Shown here piece by piece: positions 20,538 through 30,570 of a DNA stretch of 64,000 nt (position 1 is the first letter of the stretch; each line of letters opens with the position of its first letter). The DNA is from a bacterium (GTDB taxonomy: Bacteria; Patescibacteriota; Patescibacteriia; Patescibacteriales; UBA12465), in NCBI GenBank assembly GCA_035400585.1, contig DAOMZR010000002.1, positions 145,121-209,120 on the forward strand, in the 5' to 3' direction. A program made the position numbers and the translations under genes. The notes below the pieces were generated by a model. The model worked only from the letters and a program-made list of their open reading frames with translations, ran no database searches and was not told the DNA's origin.

Positions 20538-21938
20538 TTATTGTAAATTAATAGATATTTCTTTAAGAAGGTTTAATGCTTTTTCTTTACTTGGTGCTTC
20601 ACAATAAATTCTAATAATCGGCTCTGTGTTAGATTTTCTTAGATGAACCCAAGATTTTTCTTTAGAAAAAACAATTTTTAAACCGTCGGACTTGGAAATC
20701 TCTAAGCCCTTGTATTTTCCCTCTATTTTATCAAACATTATATCAATATTCAAGCCTTTTTTAAGCTCAATCTTATGTTTAATTAAAAAATATTTTGGCA
20801 AACCATCTTTTAATTCAGATGCTTTTATTTTTAAACTACTTAAATAACTCAAAAATAAAGCGACACCAATTAAAGCATCTCTACCATAATGAAATTCTGG
20901 AAAAATAATTCCGCCATTTCCCTCGCCACCAATAACAGCTTTTTGTTTTTTCATTTCAGCCACAACATGCACTTCTCCCACTGGAGAAAAAAAACATTTC
21001 CCACTAAAATTTTCACTAACATCCCTTAAACCCAAAGAAGAGGATAAATTGGAAACAGTAACTTTTTTATATTTATTTTTAAATAATTTATAATTTTCTA
21101 AAACATATTTGGCAACTGAAATTAAAGTATTTTCTTCGCCAAAATAAACACCACGTTCATCAACAAACGACAGACGATCAACGTCTGGATCAACTGCTAT
21201 ACCTAGATCAGCTTTATTTTTTTTAACGGCCTTAAAAAGTTGTTTTAAATTTTGGTCTATCGGCTCTGGATTATGATTAAATTTTCCATTTATGGTTTCG
21301 TTAATAACAACAATATCTTTAATGCCCAAATTTTCTAACAACCTTTTAATTGCCAAGGAGCCGACAGAATTTATTCCATCAACCACTATTTTAAAATTTC
21401 TTTTTTTTATTGCCCCTTTTTTAATTAATGGTAGTTTTAAAATTTTTTTTATATGTATATCAGTATAAAAATATTTTTTTTCTATTTTACCTATGTTATC
21501 AATTGAAACAAAGGAAAAATTTTTTTCTTGAGCAATTTTTAAAACCATCTCACCCGAGTCTTTGCTTATAAACTCTCCTTTATTGTTTAAAAGTTTTAAA
21601 GCGTTCCACTCTTTTGGGTTGTGTGAGGCAGATATTATTATACCACCATCGGCTTTTTCCTCTACAACGGCAATTTCCACTGTTGGAGTGGATGCTAAAC
21701 CAATATCAACAACATCTATTCCTAAAAATATTAAACTGTTAATAACCAGATTAATAAAAGACTCTCCGCTAATACGGCCGTCTCGACCAACAACAATTTT
21801 GGCTTTTTTGTTTTTTTTTGTTTCCTTGATAAACTCACCGAAAGACAAGCAAAAATTTAAAAAATTTTGTGGGTTTAAATTATCATCGCCAGAACCAATA
21901 GTTCCTCTTATTCCCGATATAGAAGAAATTAAAGGCAT
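20538..21938 (-). CDS. glmM: Phosphoglucosamine mutase (phosphohexomutase family)
   Basis: SISGIRG, ISASHNP (phospho-Ser), DPDVDR, GGEGNGG, RKSNTEP; next to the GlmU-like gene. Confidence 0.8.
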   Translation of the reverse strand: MPLISSISGIRGTIGSGDDNLNPQNFLNFCLSFGEFIKETKKNKKAKIVVGRDGRISGESFINLVINSLIFLGIDVVDIGLASTPTVEIAVVEEKADGGIIISASHNPKEWNALKLLNNKGEFISKDSGEMVLKIAQEKNFSFVSIDNIGKIEKKYFYTDIHIKKILKLPLIKKGAIKKRNFKIVVDGINSVGSLAIKRLLENLGIKDIVVINETINGKFNHNPEPIDQNLKQLFKAVKKNKADLGIAVDPDVDRLSFVDERGVYFGEENTLISVAKYVLENYKLFKNKYKKVTVSNLSSSLGLRDVSENFSGKCFFSPVGEVHVVAEMKKQKAVIGGEGNGGIIFPEFHYGRDALIGVALFLSYLSSLKIKASELKDGLPKYFLIKHKIELKKGLNIDIMFDKIEGKYKGLEISKSDGLKIVFSKEKSWVHLRKSNTEPIIRIYCEAPSKEKALNLLKEISINLQ

Positions 21939-21942
21939 ATTT

Positions 21943-22815
21943 TTATTTTTTTATTTTTCCGTAAACTCCAAAAAGCAAATCTAAATCTTTTTGTGAGTCT
22001 AATAAAAGTTGATTGTTAAAGCTGACAGCCGACTCTAAAAAATTAAGCGCCAACTTGCTTTGTTTGTCAATCAAATTTGATTCTTTATACATCTCAACTA
22101 AAGCTGCCATATCTTTTATAAAACAATGACCACCGGCACCACGTCCAGCTTTGCCCACCAACCCTCCTTGATGTTTTATCTGTAAATGACTGTGGCCAAT
22201 TCGGGAATCGTAACCAACCATCTCGCAAACTTTGTCATAATTAAGTTTTTTGGCTTTAGCTAAATTAAAAATAACATTAGCAAAAACAACTTTTAACATT
22301 AAAAAAGTATTCCCCATATATTTCGTCAATTCAGCTTCACGACAAGGAACAATAAAGTTATGTTTGGCTTTTGGCAACAATTCTAAAACATCTTTAGCTA
22401 CTTTAAAAGATTTTTTAGTATATCCAACAATGTTTCTCTCTGGAAAGCGAGCATCATTTTTAGCATTTTTTTCTGTCAAAAACTCTGGAGAATGAATTAT
22501 AAATTTTTTTGGATATAGTTTTTGCAATTTTTCAGTTGTACCAATTTTTATGGTTGATTTAATCACAACTGTTTTACCATCACCAATAAGCTTAATGACT
22601 TCTAACAAAATGCTGTCGTCAAAACCTTTAGGCGTGCTGGGGGTTGGAACAGCAATAAAAACAAAATCGCATTCAGCAATTTTTTCTTTATTTGCAGAGA
22701 AACCATTTTTACTATATCTAACAATTTTATAACCACGATCTTCAAAATCATCAGCCATGCTTTTTCCAATAAAACCTTGACCGATAAAACCAACTAAAAT
22801 TTTCTTTTTATTCAT
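21943..22815 (-). CDS. UDP-glucose/GDP-mannose dehydrogenase family protein (short form)
   Basis: GFIGQGFIG, IAVPTP, IKST, SPEFLTE, GAGGHCFIKD (catalytic Cys); lacks the C-terminal UDP-binding domain. Confidence 0.8.
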   Translation of the reverse strand: MNKKKILVGFIGQGFIGKSMADDFEDRGYKIVRYSKNGFSANKEKIAECDFVFIAVPTPSTPKGFDDSILLEVIKLIGDGKTVVIKSTIKIGTTEKLQKLYPKKFIIHSPEFLTEKNAKNDARFPERNIVGYTKKSFKVAKDVLELLPKAKHNFIVPCREAELTKYMGNTFLMLKVVFANVIFNLAKAKKLNYDKVCEMVGYDSRIGHSHLQIKHQGGLVGKAGRGAGGHCFIKDMAALVEMYKESNLIDKQSKLALNFLESAVSFNNQLLLDSQKDLDLLFGVYGKIKK

Positions 22816-22828
22816 ACACCAATTAATT

Positions 22829-23521
22829 TTATTTTTTTAATATTATATAATAATTAAAATTATCTTCCAAAAATTTTTCTATTTTAAATTTTGATTTTTT
22901 AAAAACACCCTTAAAACTGCCCTCAGAAAACGCATGATAATATCTCGGCCTAACTCCATTTTCTTTTTTACCCCAATTAAAAACTAGATCTCCCCAGTCT
23001 AGAAGTCTAAAATAAAATAAGTTTTTTAAAAAAGATTTTAAAGCCAAATAAAAAAAGTCTTTCCTCTGTCTTAATTTCCAAACACTAACAACCAAAAAAG
23101 AGCCCTCTTTCATTTTATCATAAACCTGATCCAAAAAATTTAATCTCAAATTATTGCCTGGAATATGATGAAAAACAGCCCAAGAAAAAATAAAATCAAA
23201 ATTGTTTTTCTCTAATTTATTTAGGTCCAAAATATTTAGAACTTGAAATTTGGCGCCATATTTTTCCTTAGCAAACTTAATTAGATTTTCACTGTTATCT
23301 ATTCCTAAATATTTTTTATCTTGACCCAGAATTTCTAAAAAACGACCATTGCCACAACCTAAATCTAAAATTTCATTTTCCGATGAAATATTTAGAGATT
23401 CAACAATTTCCAAAACCATCGGTTTCATTGGTTTTTTTCTAGTCTCATTAAAATCATCAGCTATAGTTTCATAATTATCGGCTACCAAGCTTAAAAGATG
23501 TTTTTTGGCTCTTTTGTTCAT
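22829..23521 (-). CDS. Class I SAM-dependent methyltransferase, Trm9/ALKBH8-like
   Basis: YETIADDFNETR, LDLGCGNGR, AVFHHIP, VSVW and RYYHAF motifs. Confidence 0.8.
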   Translation of the reverse strand: MNKRAKKHLLSLVADNYETIADDFNETRKKPMKPMVLEIVESLNISSENEILDLGCGNGRFLEILGQDKKYLGIDNSENLIKFAKEKYGAKFQVLNILDLNKLEKNNFDFIFSWAVFHHIPGNNLRLNFLDQVYDKMKEGSFLVVSVWKLRQRKDFFYLALKSFLKNLFYFRLLDWGDLVFNWGKKENGVRPRYYHAFSEGSFKGVFKKSKFKIEKFLEDNFNYYIILKK

Positions 23522-23526
23522 TTTTT

Positions 23527-25317
23527 CTAAATTAAATATTCTTTTTGTCTAAAACTTTTAACACCTTCGAGTTCTGATTCTTCTTCATCAACACCTCGCA
23601 AACACTGATCACATTTGCCACAATTTTTTAAATAATTTTCACCAAAGTATCTTAAAATATATTTTTGACGACAACCAGAATAATAAGCGTAATTCTCCAT
23701 TTCGTTTAGTTTGTTTTCAGCCCTTTCTAATTTTTGAGACAAAGCTTTAAAATCCAGCTTCAAGTCATCAGGGCTAACCCTCTTTAAAATTCTAACTTCT
23801 GTTCCTCTGAAGGGCGGATTATATTCTACTAAATCTTTTTCAGCTAACTTTTTTATCATTCTTAAAATTGAATCTTTTTTTACGTTAATTAAATTAGCCA
23901 CGTCCTCTAAATTAATATCCCAACCCTTTTCCATTTCATCTTTAAAACGATCGTACATTTTATTTAAAGCTTCAATTTGAATCTTTGATCTAGAACTAAG
24001 GGAGCTCAGTAAAGTCCCAAAGTCAACCTTTGTTTTTAAAAAAGCGCTACCATTTTTATCGTTAGGCCTGGACAGATATCCTTCTTTTTCTAAAATTTTT
24101 AAAGCCGTTCCAATGGCCATATCAGGAACATTTTCTGAAAGCTCCTTTGATAATTCAGCATAGGTAAGTAAAATAGAGCCTTTGACAGCATCTTCTTCTT
24201 TGTTTAAAAGTGTTTGATATACCTTTACAATTAATTCTGGGGAAGGATTATCTCCTTTAATAAAAAATTCTCTTAAATATCTATCACTAGGGGAATAAAG
24301 AAGTAAACAAAAACTAGGAGTTCCGTCTCGACCAGCCCTGCCAGCCTCTTGATAATATGCTTCAATTGTTCCTGGCATGTCGTGATGAATAACAAACTTT
24401 ATATCCGACTTATTTATTCCCATTCCAAAGGCATTAGTAGCCACAACAACTTGAGCCTCGCCACTCATAAAATTGTTTTGAACCCAATCACGACTTTCAT
24501 TATCCATTCCAGCATGATAAGCCACCGCCTCTATTCCGTTTTCCAGTAGTCTTTCTAATATTTCATCGGCCTTTGATCTGGTTCCAACATAAACTATACC
24601 AGAACCACCATTTGCTCCAGATATTGCATCTAAAATAAAGTCTATTTTTCGATTGGTGCTCGAATGAATAACTCCGAATTGAATATTTTCTCTAGCAAAT
24701 CCAGTGACAATAACGTCTGGATTATTTAAATTTAATTGCTTAACTATATCTTCTCTCACTTCTGGCGTAGCGGTTGCTGTTAAAGCCACAACAGTTGGTT
24801 TTTTTAAAATCTCAATAGCTGTTTTTAATTTTAAATAACTTGGTCTAAAATCATGCCCCCAAGAACTAATACAGTGAGCTTCGTCAATGGCAAAAAGAGA
24901 AATTTCTACTTCTGACAAAGATTGCAAAAAAGGAAGACTATAGAATCTTTCGGGAGCTACATAAATAATTTTGTAAAAACCATTTTTAATTTCTTCCAAC
25001 CTTTTATTGGTTTCCGACAGAGAAATAGAAGAATTAATAAAAGTAGCTGGTATGCCTAATCTTGTCAAAGACTCAACTTGATCTTTCATTAAAGCAATAA
25101 GAGGGGAAACAACAATTGTCGCCCCTTCTAAAACCAAAGCTGGTAATTGAAAAATCAAAGACTTGCCACCACCGGTTGGCATAACAACCACCGTATCTTT
25201 TTTCTCTAAAATATTATCGATAGCTTGTTCTTGTCCTAAGCGAAAATTTTCGAAATTATAATATTTCTTTAAGAGATTCTTTATTTCTGTTTTTTTTGAA
25301 TTAATCAGGCTAGTCAT
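23527..25317 (-). CDS. recQ: RecQ-family ATP-dependent DNA helicase
   Basis: [41 protein letters not shown]-terminal CR...CGKCDQC Zn site. Confidence 0.95.
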   Translation of the reverse strand: MTSLINSKKTEIKNLLKKYYNFENFRLGQEQAIDNILEKKDTVVVMPTGGGKSLIFQLPALVLEGATIVVSPLIALMKDQVESLTRLGIPATFINSSISLSETNKRLEEIKNGFYKIIYVAPERFYSLPFLQSLSEVEISLFAIDEAHCISSWGHDFRPSYLKLKTAIEILKKPTVVALTATATPEVREDIVKQLNLNNPDVIVTGFARENIQFGVIHSSTNRKIDFILDAISGANGGSGIVYVGTRSKADEILERLLENGIEAVAYHAGMDNESRDWVQNNFMSGEAQVVVATNAFGMGINKSDIKFVIHHDMPGTIEAYYQEAGRAGRDGTPSFCLLLYSPSDRYLREFFIKGDNPSPELIVKVYQTLLNKEEDAVKGSILLTYAELSKELSENVPDMAIGTALKILEKEGYLSRPNDKNGSAFLKTKVDFGTLLSSLSSRSKIQIEALNKMYDRFKDEMEKGWDINLEDVANLINVKKDSILRMIKKLAEKDLVEYNPPFRGTEVRILKRVSPDDLKLDFKALSQKLERAENKLNEMENYAYYSGCRQKYILRYFGENYLKNCGKCDQCLRGVDEEESELEGVKSFRQKEYLI

Positions 25318-26177
25318 TATAATTTGTTTTTTAATTTATAGACTGTTAGGGTGTTTTTTAAAACACAAGCAACGGTAACTGGTCCAATACCTCCTGGAAC
25401 TGGGGTAGCAATAAGATCTAAATTTTCCGTTTCAGACAAATCAACATCACCAAAAACTTTTTTATCTTTAGTCGTAATTCCAATATCAATAATAATCATT
25501 TTATTTTTTAAAAAATCTTTATTAATGAAATGCGGATTACCAACAGCCGTAATTAAAATATCACAAGATTTAACTCTATTTTTTATTTTATCAAGATCGC
25601 TTTGATTATTTTTAATTTTATTAAACTCTTCTGAGCAGATTGAGTCGATTTTAATATTGGATTTTTCTAAAAAATTTTTTACCTCTTCTTTAAATATTTC
25701 TGAATTATAAAACAAAAAGGCTGATTCTTTTTTAAAGCTATTATTAACACAATCTAAACTTTCTTTAATAGCCATCAACACTGGTGACAAAATCTCCTTT
25801 GGTCGGTCAAAGCAAAAACCATCAACATCTTTTGTTGGATTAATTTTTTTTAAAACCTCTTCGGTATTAAATTTTTTAGGAAGTGGGAGTTGAATTAAAA
25901 TACCATCAACACTCTTATCATTATTTAAAAATTCTATAGTTTTTATAAGATTTTCTTGGCCGTCTGTTTCGTCAATTAAGTATAAATTTGTATCTATTCC
26001 GACCCCTTTGGCCGATTTTTCCTTAAGTGAAACATAGAGACGAGAATCACTTCTATCTCCTGCTAAAATTATTGATAGGTTTGGTCTTCTTTCGTTCTTT
26101 TTAATTAAATCAAAAACCTCTTTGGCTATGCTATCTTTAATTTTCTCACCTATTTTTTTCCCATCTATTATTTTCAT
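25317..26177 (-). CDS. folD: Methylenetetrahydrofolate dehydrogenase/cyclohydrolase
   Basis: MKIIDGK start, [30 protein letters not shown]. Confidence 0.92.
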   Translation of the reverse strand: MKIIDGKKIGEKIKDSIAKEVFDLIKKNERRPNLSIILAGDRSDSRLYVSLKEKSAKGVGIDTNLYLIDETDGQENLIKTIEFLNNDKSVDGILIQLPLPKKFNTEEVLKKINPTKDVDGFCFDRPKEILSPVLMAIKESLDCVNNSFKKESAFLFYNSEIFKEEVKNFLEKSNIKIDSICSEEFNKIKNNQSDLDKIKNRVKSCDILITAVGNPHFINKDFLKNKMIIIDIGITTKDKKVFGDVDLSETENLDLIATPVPGGIGPVTVACVLKNTLTVYKLKNKL

Positions 26178-26280
26178 CTTATTTATAATTATTAAAACAA
26201 ACATAGCCCCATAAGGAGCTTTGTTGTGTTTATATTTTAGATTAAAAAAACCTTACTGTCAAAAACCCTTTTATAGAAAG

Positions 26281-26724
26281 TTAATCCTTTATACATCTCA
26301 CAGAATAAGCAAACGGTCTGTAATATGTATCACGATAAATAAACGAATCAAAAATGCTTAAATCGCGTTGCCATGGGTATAAATCACCAGACGACAGCCA
26401 AAGGTCTGCACCGCTGCCAAAATTATAAAAAGAGCCATCTACACTATTTCTGTACCCGGAAGGCAACAAATTAAAACCACTCTGAGCACAGCCAAGAAAG
26501 TCATAACACCAAGAATCGCTTTTTAAAGAATCACCTTCATTTGTTCCTCTTTGTTCTATTGTGATGGTGTCTTTAGGAAATTGAATTTCACAATTAGAAT
26601 TACCCAGAAGAGAACAAACAGTTCTTTCCAAATCAGTAAATTCATAGTGAGTAGGGACGTGCCAACCATTAGGACAGGCTCCCTGACTACCCTCTACTGT
26701 TTCTCCGTTCATGGCAGAGCTCCA
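26281..26724 (-). pseudogene. C-terminal part of a Fibrobacter succinogenes major (FISUMP) domain, cut off from the upstream pilin ORF by an in-frame TAA
   Basis: QGACPNGWHVPT, SGFNLLPSGYR, YSVRCIKD; in frame with 26725..27402 (CTT TAT TAA TGG AGC TCT GCC ATG). Confidence 0.75.
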
Positions 26725-27402
26725 TTAATAAAGTTTTCCGTGCAAATTACAATTACTAGAATTGTTATTATAACAACCACACCAACCCTCATCCGAACCA
26801 TTTACCCATGTGACAGAAGAGCAGCCATTATCATAATTAAGATTTTCTGCCATCCAAACTTGTGTTCCTATTTTTACCCAATTATATGTTTGGCTATCTC
26901 TTGTGTCTGTAAAAGTACCTGATGTTCCAGCAAAAGGATCTGATGGTTCGCTAAATTCACTACTACCGATTATTATTCCCCCCGGTGTCATTTGCTTAGC
27001 TCCTTCGGGTAGGTCTGACACTTGTTTTCCGGTACAAAAATCTATAGTATAGCTAGACCCATTATCTCTGGGAATATAAACATAAGTATTAGAGGCTTCT
27101 AAACAGTTGCCATCGGCTGGCGATGGAGCCAAAGGAATAGAATACATAAATATTTCCTGCGAAGAAGAAGAAACAATAACACCTCCATTCCACTCATCGG
27201 CTGTCGGATAACGGCTATTTTCACTAAAAAACAATTCTAGGGCAGTTTGAAGTTGTTTCATATCAGCCATTCTTTTAGCATCTCTAGCGTTTTGTCTAGC
27301 CTGTTGTAAGGCCACCACTGCTAGAGTAGCCAGTATTCCAATAATAGCTATTACTACTAAAAGTTCGATGAGGGTGAAAGCCTTTTTATTGGTGCTTAAC
27401 AT
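26725..27402 (-). CDS. Type IV pilin-like protein with the N-terminal part of a FISUMP domain (prematurely terminated)
   Basis: KKAFTLIELLVVIAIIGILA class III signal, ARDAKRMADMKQLQTALELF, then FTDTRD.Q.Y..VKIG.QVWMAENLNY. Confidence 0.85.
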   Translation of the reverse strand: MLSTNKKAFTLIELLVVIAIIGILATLAVVALQQARQNARDAKRMADMKQLQTALELFFSENSRYPTADEWNGGVIVSSSSQEIFMYSIPLAPSPADGNCLEASNTYVYIPRDNGSSYTIDFCTGKQVSDLPEGAKQMTPGGIIIGSSEFSEPSDPFAGTSGTFTDTRDSQTYNWVKIGTQVWMAENLNYDNGCSSVTWVNGSDEGWCGCYNNNSSNCNLHGKLY

Positions 27403-27488
27403 AAAATTAAATCACTTTTTAGAATTAATATTTTAAAAAGTAATTTTTAAATATTATATTTTATTATAATAAAGAAATAAACCTAAAA

Positions 27489-28733
27489 TTATTTTTTATA
27501 AATAGGGAACTTTGCACAAAGATTTTTTACTTTTTCTTTGATTTCGTTTAAAGCATTATCATCATTTTTATTTTTCAAGACCAAATCTATTAATTCTGTT
27601 GTTTGCAAAACTTCATTTTCTTTAAAACCACGAGTAGTGATGGCTGGAGTTCCAATTCTTATTCCTGATGGCTTCATTGGAGGGGCCGGATCATTAGGAA
27701 TAGTAGAGCGAGAAACGGAAATTCCTGCTTTTTCTAGAGCCTGTTCTGCTTCTAGACCAGAAATATTTTTATTTCTTAAATCTACAACCATTAAGTGATT
27801 ATCTGTTCCACCAGAGACTATATCGTAGCCTAGTTCTATAAATTTACTAGCCATGGTTTTAGCGTTTTTTATTATTTGCTCTGAATAAATTTTGAATTCT
27901 GGTTTAAGGGCTTCTTTAAAGGCAACCGCTTTAGCTGCTGTTATGTGATCATGTGGCCCACCCTGCATTCCAGGGAAAACAGCTCTATCAACTTGTTTGG
28001 CAAATTTTTCTTTGCACAAGATAAAGGCTCCACGTGGACCGCGAAGAGTTTTGTGGGTTGTACTAGACACCACATCAAAATAGGGGACCGGACTACTTAA
28101 ACATCCACCAGCAATAAGGCCGGCAATATGAGCAATGTCAGCAAAAGTATAAGCACCAATTTCGTCGGCAATCTCTTTAAATTTTTTCCAATCTAAATCA
28201 CGGGAATAAGCACTAAAGCCAGCAACTATCATTTTGGGTTTTTCCTTTAATGCCACCTCTCGAACTTTTTCCATATTAATTATTCCATTTTCAGCTACCT
28301 CATATTGAACAAAATTATATAATCTGCCAGAAAAATTAACACTATGACCATGAGATAAATGTCCTCCGTGGTCCAATTTTAGACCCAAAACTTTATCACC
28401 TGGTTCCAAAAAAGCCATATAAACAGCAGCGTTAGCCGGAGAGCCAGATAAAACCTGAACATTGGCATGTTCGGCACCAAAAAGTTTTTTTAATCTTTCA
28501 ATGGCTATAGTTTCTACTTCATCAATAACAGAATTGCCCCCATAATATCTTTTATTTGGATATCCCTCACTATATTTGTTATTTAAAGATGAAGCCATTG
28601 TTTCCAAAACAGCTTGAGAGGCATAATTTTCAGAAGCAATTAGCTCTAATTCATCTTCTTGTCTGTTTGTCTCCTTGTTTATTAAATCAAGAATTTCTTG
28701 ATCAATATTTTTTAAATTTTCAAAACTTGGCAT
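27489..28733 (-). CDS. glyA: Serine hydroxymethyltransferase
   Basis: [40 protein letters not shown]. Confidence 0.98.
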   Translation of the reverse strand: MPSFENLKNIDQEILDLINKETNRQEDELELIASENYASQAVLETMASSLNNKYSEGYPNKRYYGGNSVIDEVETIAIERLKKLFGAEHANVQVLSGSPANAAVYMAFLEPGDKVLGLKLDHGGHLSHGHSVNFSGRLYNFVQYEVAENGIINMEKVREVALKEKPKMIVAGFSAYSRDLDWKKFKEIADEIGAYTFADIAHIAGLIAGGCLSSPVPYFDVVSSTTHKTLRGPRGAFILCKEKFAKQVDRAVFPGMQGGPHDHITAAKAVAFKEALKPEFKIYSEQIIKNAKTMASKFIELGYDIVSGGTDNHLMVVDLRNKNISGLEAEQALEKAGISVSRSTIPNDPAPPMKPSGIRIGTPAITTRGFKENEVLQTTELIDLVLKNKNDDNALNEIKEKVKNLCAKFPIYKK

Positions 28734-28845
28734 ATATTATATTGATTACTAATTATAAACTACAAACTTATTTTAGCACATTTTGCGTCTTATAAAAATA
28801 ATTGAATCTGTTTATCTTTTTCTAAAAACAAAAAAATAAATTAAG

Positions 28846-30489
28846 TTAAAAATTTTTAACCATATAAGTATCTTTTAATTTATACCCCAACTTCCTATAA
28901 TACCCTCTAACACCAACCCCAGAAATAACGGCCAAGTCTTTAAATTTATTTTTTTGAGCAATCTTTTCAGCTTCAGCCATAAGTTTTTTACCTAAACCAC
29001 TATGCTGTACTTTCTTTTTGTCACCAACCGGCACAAGTTGTCCATAAACATGCAATTCCCTAACAATGGCCGAGCTAATCTTACTATTTCTATCAATTCT
29101 CAAACGACAAAAACCATATAATATTTTTTTATCTAAACTATCAAAACTAATAAAATATTCTTCTCCGCCGGAAGATTTATATTTTAAGATATTTAACTTC
29201 AAATCTTTTTCATTTATCAGCTTATCTTTTGCTTCGCGACATCTAATACAATTACAAACAACACCCCTGTCTTTCATTACTTGTCTTAAATTAGTAATTT
29301 TATTTCCAGCCTCAATTGATTCCCCGGGAATGTCTCTAATTAATCTAATTATTCTGGTATAAACTGGCACTATTTTTTTGGATTCAATTATCACTTTCTC
29401 TAGTTGTTTGTCTGAATATGCTTTATATTTTCCCTCTTTCCACCAACGGTATAACAGACTATCTTTAACAACCGTGGTTGGATAAAATTTAATTTGATCG
29501 GGTTGAAACCTCTCATCACTATAAAGCTCCTGAAACATTTTTATATCTTTTCTAGGATTGGAGCCAGGAAGGGCCGGCATAAAATGATAAGTAACTTTAA
29601 AACCAAATTGTTTTAATTTTTTAGTCGCCTCAGCAATTGTTTTTACATCATGACCTCTTTTATTTAATTTTAATATTTTATCGTCGACAGCCTGAACACC
29701 AATTTCAACTCGCGTACAACCAAGTTCTCTCATTTGCCACAACTCTTTATCATCTAAATAATCTGGTCTTGTTTCTAGGGTTAAGCCAATTATATTATAT
29801 TTAGCTTTTTCGTTTTTTTTCTGCTCTGTTTTTAGTAAATCTTTTACTTCCTCTAATCTCAATTTGTTAGAATATAAATATTTAAGAATTTTTTTAGGCT
29901 GAATCTGTTTCTCGCTTTTTTCAATGTTAATTTCTTTTTTTATTTTTTGATAATCGTTAGCAGCTTTAAAACAATTGAGTATATACCAATATTTATATTT
30001 TTCTGGCAGATAACTCCAAGTTCCACCAATAACTATTAATTCTATTTTATTGGGTTGATGCCCGTTATTTTCCAAAGCTCTAAGACGAAAAACAGTTTGT
30101 AAATAAGGGTTGTATTTTAAACGAATGGCTCTCATAACGGCTGGTTCGTTAGGCAGATAACTGACAGGGACGTCTGGTTTTTTAGGACAATAAGCACATT
30201 CTCCGGGACAAGGATAGGGCTTTGTTAGAACAGCAACCGGAGCCACACCGGAAAGGGTTCTTACTGCTCGCTTTTTTAAAAGAGAAACAAAAAAATCTCC
30301 GTGCTTTTTTTGCCAATCCTTGCTAATTTTATTTTTTTTAATTAATAAAAAATACTCCTTTAAAACATCGGAGTTTAATAAAAGTTTTAATTTATATTTC
30401 TTAGACAATAATCTTTTTAAAACATTGAAATCTTCTAAATTTTTTATTTTGGAAATCTGATTTATAATTTCTAATATTGCTTCTTGCAT
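28846..30489 (-). CDS. elp3: Elp3-family tRNA U34 modification radical SAM/GNAT enzyme
   Basis: VRTLSGVAPVAVLTKPYPCPGECAYCP, GGTW, ETRPD, RLIRDIP, C.CIRCRE, VRELHVYG, QH.G.G, ISGVGVRGYYRKLGY. Confidence 0.93.
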   Translation of the reverse strand: MQEAILEIINQISKIKNLEDFNVLKRLLSKKYKLKLLLNSDVLKEYFLLIKKNKISKDWQKKHGDFFVSLLKKRAVRTLSGVAPVAVLTKPYPCPGECAYCPKKPDVPVSYLPNEPAVMRAIRLKYNPYLQTVFRLRALENNGHQPNKIELIVIGGTWSYLPEKYKYWYILNCFKAANDYQKIKKEINIEKSEKQIQPKKILKYLYSNKLRLEEVKDLLKTEQKKNEKAKYNIIGLTLETRPDYLDDKELWQMRELGCTRVEIGVQAVDDKILKLNKRGHDVKTIAEATKKLKQFGFKVTYHFMPALPGSNPRKDIKMFQELYSDERFQPDQIKFYPTTVVKDSLLYRWWKEGKYKAYSDKQLEKVIIESKKIVPVYTRIIRLIRDIPGESIEAGNKITNLRQVMKDRGVVCNCIRCREAKDKLINEKDLKLNILKYKSSGGEEYFISFDSLDKKILYGFCRLRIDRNSKISSAIVRELHVYGQLVPVGDKKKVQHSGLGKKLMAEAEKIAQKNKFKDLAVISGVGVRGYYRKLGYKLKDTYMVKNF

Positions 30490-30570
30490 ACTTTTATTTT
30501 ATAATATAGACAAACATGCCACATTTTGTGGCTTAAATAATTATAACTTAAAAATTCAAAAACATAAACT

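Noticed and set aside
26725-26727. Stop-codon recoding (alternative genetic code)
   Set aside because: The internal stop is TAA, which terminates most genes here; long ORFs are open under code 11 and TGA ends the DUF192 gene.
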